A DNA stretch of 64,000 nucleotides from Pristiophorus japonicus (lineage: Eukaryota): assembly GCF_044704955.1 (NCBI RefSeq), contig NC_091984.1:78430001-78494000 (forward strand), written 5' to 3'. The position numbers and the translations under genes are program-made. The notes under the pieces were generated by a model, which was not told where the DNA came from, searched no databases, and saw only the letters and a program-made list of their open reading frames with translations. Within the stretch, counting starts at the first letter, position 1. Every line of letters starts with the position of its first letter. Below, one piece after another: positions 61,993 through 64,000 of the stretch.

Positions 61993-64000
61993 CACAGGAG
62001 ACAGGTGCACAGGAGAGAGATGCACGGGAGAGAGGTGCACGGGAGTGAGGGGCACAGGAGAGAGGTGCACGGGAGGGAGAGGCACGGGGAGAGATGCACG
62101 GGAGAGAGGTGCATGGGGAGAGATGCACGGGAGAGAGGTGCTTGGGAGAGAGGGGCATGGGAGAGAGGGGCACGGGAGGGAGAGGCAACGGGAGATGTGC
62201 ATGGGAGAGAGGTGCATGGGAGAGAGGTGCACGGGAGAGAGGTGCACAGGAGAGAGGTGCATGGGAGAGAGGTGCATGAGAGAGAGGGGCAATGGAGAGA
62301 GTGGCATGGAAGAGAGATGCATGGGAGAGAGGGGTACGGGAGAGAGGGGTACGGGAGAGAGGGGCACGGGAGGGAGAGGCAAGGGGAGAGGTGCACGGGA
62401 GAGAGGTGCATGGGAGAGAGGGGTATGGGAGGGAGGAGCACAGGAGAGAGGGGCACGGGAGAGAGGGGCAATGGAGAGAGGGGCATGGGAGGGAGGTGCA
62501 CAGGAGAGAGATGCGCGGGAGGGAGAGGCATGGGGAGAGGTGCACGGTAGGGAGCGGCACAGGAGAGAGGGGCAAGGGAGAGAGGGGCATGGGAGGGAGG
62601 TGCATGGGAGAGAGGGTTACAGGAGAGAGAGGCATGAGAGGGAGGGGCACAGAAGGGAGGTGCACGGGAGCGAGGTGCACAGGGTAGAGGTGCACGGGAG
62701 AGAGGTGCACGGGCGAGAGGGGCACGGGAGGGAGGGGCACGGGAGAGAGGGGCAATGGAGAGAGGGGCATGGGAGGGAGGTGCACAGGAGAAAGGGCACG
62801 GGAGGGAGGAGCACGGCGAGAGATGCACAGAGAGAGGGGTGCATGGGAAAGAGAGGCACGAGAGGGAGGTGCACTGGAGGGAGGGGCACGGGAGGGAGGG
62901 GCATGGGAGAGAGGTGCACGGGAGAGAGGTGCATAGGGAGAGGTGCACGGGAGGGAGGGGCACGGGAGGGAGGGGCACGGGAGGGTGGGGCACAGGGAAA
63001 GGTGCACAGAGAGAGGGGTGCACTGGAGGGAGGGGCACGGGAGGGAGGTGCATTGGAGAGAGGGGCACGGGAGGGAGGGGCACGGGACAGAGGTGCATGG
63101 GAGAGAGGGGCATGGGAGGGAGGGGCACGGGAGAGAGGTGCACGGAAAGGTGGGGCACGGGGAGAGGTGCACGGAAGAAAGGGGCATGGGAGGGAGGGGC
63201 ACGGGGAGACTTGCACGGGAGGGAGGGGCACAGGAGAGAGGAGCATGGGGCGAGGTGCACGGGAGGGAGGGGCACGGGGAGAGGTGCACGGGAGGGAGGG
63301 GCACGGGAGGGAGGGGCACGGGAGGGAGGGGAACGGGGAGAGGTGCACAGGAGAGAGGTGCATGGGAGAGTTGCACGGAAGGGAGGGGCACGGGAGAGAT
63401 GGGCATGAGGAGAGAGTTGCACGGGGAGAGATGCACTGGAGACGTGCACAGGGAGAGGTGCACGGGGGAGGTGCACGGGAGAGAGTTGCACAGGAGGGAG
63501 GTGCACGGGAGGGAGGTGCACGGTGCATGGGAGGGAGGGCCACGGGAAGGAGGTGCACGGAAGGGAGGGGCATGTGGAGAGGTACACGGGGAGAGGTGCA
63601 TGGGATGGAGGGGCATGGGAGGGAGGTGCATGGGAGGGAGTTGCACGGGAGAGAGTGGCACGGGAGGGAGGTGCACGGGAGGGAGGTGCACGGGAGGAAG
63701 GGGCACGGGAGGAAGGGGCACGGGAGGGAGGGGCACGGGAGGGAGGGGCATGGGAGAGAGGTGCACGGAAGGGTGGGGCACGGGGAGAGGTGCACGGGAG
63801 GGAGGGGCACGGGAGGGAGGTGCACAGGGTAGAGGTGCACGGGAGAGAGGTGCACGGGCGAGAGGGGCACGGGAGGGAGGAGCACAGCGAAAGATGCACA
63901 GAGAGAGGGATGCATGGGAAAGAGAGGCACGGGAGGAAGGTGCACTGGAGGGAGGGGCACGGGAGGGAGGGGCATGGGAGAGAGGTGCACGGGAGAGAGG
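61993..64000. repeat. Purine-rich ~15-bp satellite (GGGAG(A/G)GAGG(T/G)GCA(C/T)), runs off the window end
   Basis: Directly visible; accounts for the long low-complexity ORFs at 61968-63990. Confidence 0.97.

Noticed and set aside
61968-63990. 450-640 aa Pro/Cys- or Gly/Arg-rich ORFs
   Set aside because: Translation of simple satellite in several frames

Overview
Eukaryotic, repeat-dense vertebrate DNA. The SINE/CR1/L2/Harbinger repertoire suggests a cartilaginous fish (inference, no search run). The one host gene I can support is missed by the ORF track: the first four coding exons of a terminal complement component, most likely C8 alpha (signal peptide, furin site, TSP1, LDL-A), on the minus strand from ATG 24005 to 3902 and continuing off the left edge. 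The rest is transposable elements: six Ty3/Gypsy LTR elements (all minus strand, with a tRNA-Ser-type PBS; four with exact 5-bp TSDs), several PIF/Harbinger elements (Myb/SANT and HARBI1 genes), CR1, L2 and RTE LINEs, minisatellites and a G/A-rich satellite. Most unusual: (1) two diverged copies of a ~3 kb LTR element in which RT/RNaseH/integrase is replaced by an unrecognised ~350-400 aa ORF showing frame-preserving indels; (2) a 2.7 kb foldback element with ~1.07 kb inverted arms; (3) complementary deletion derivatives of Gypsy, one 530 bp upstream of the C8A start. All calls are by eye; boundaries of degraded repeats are approximate.
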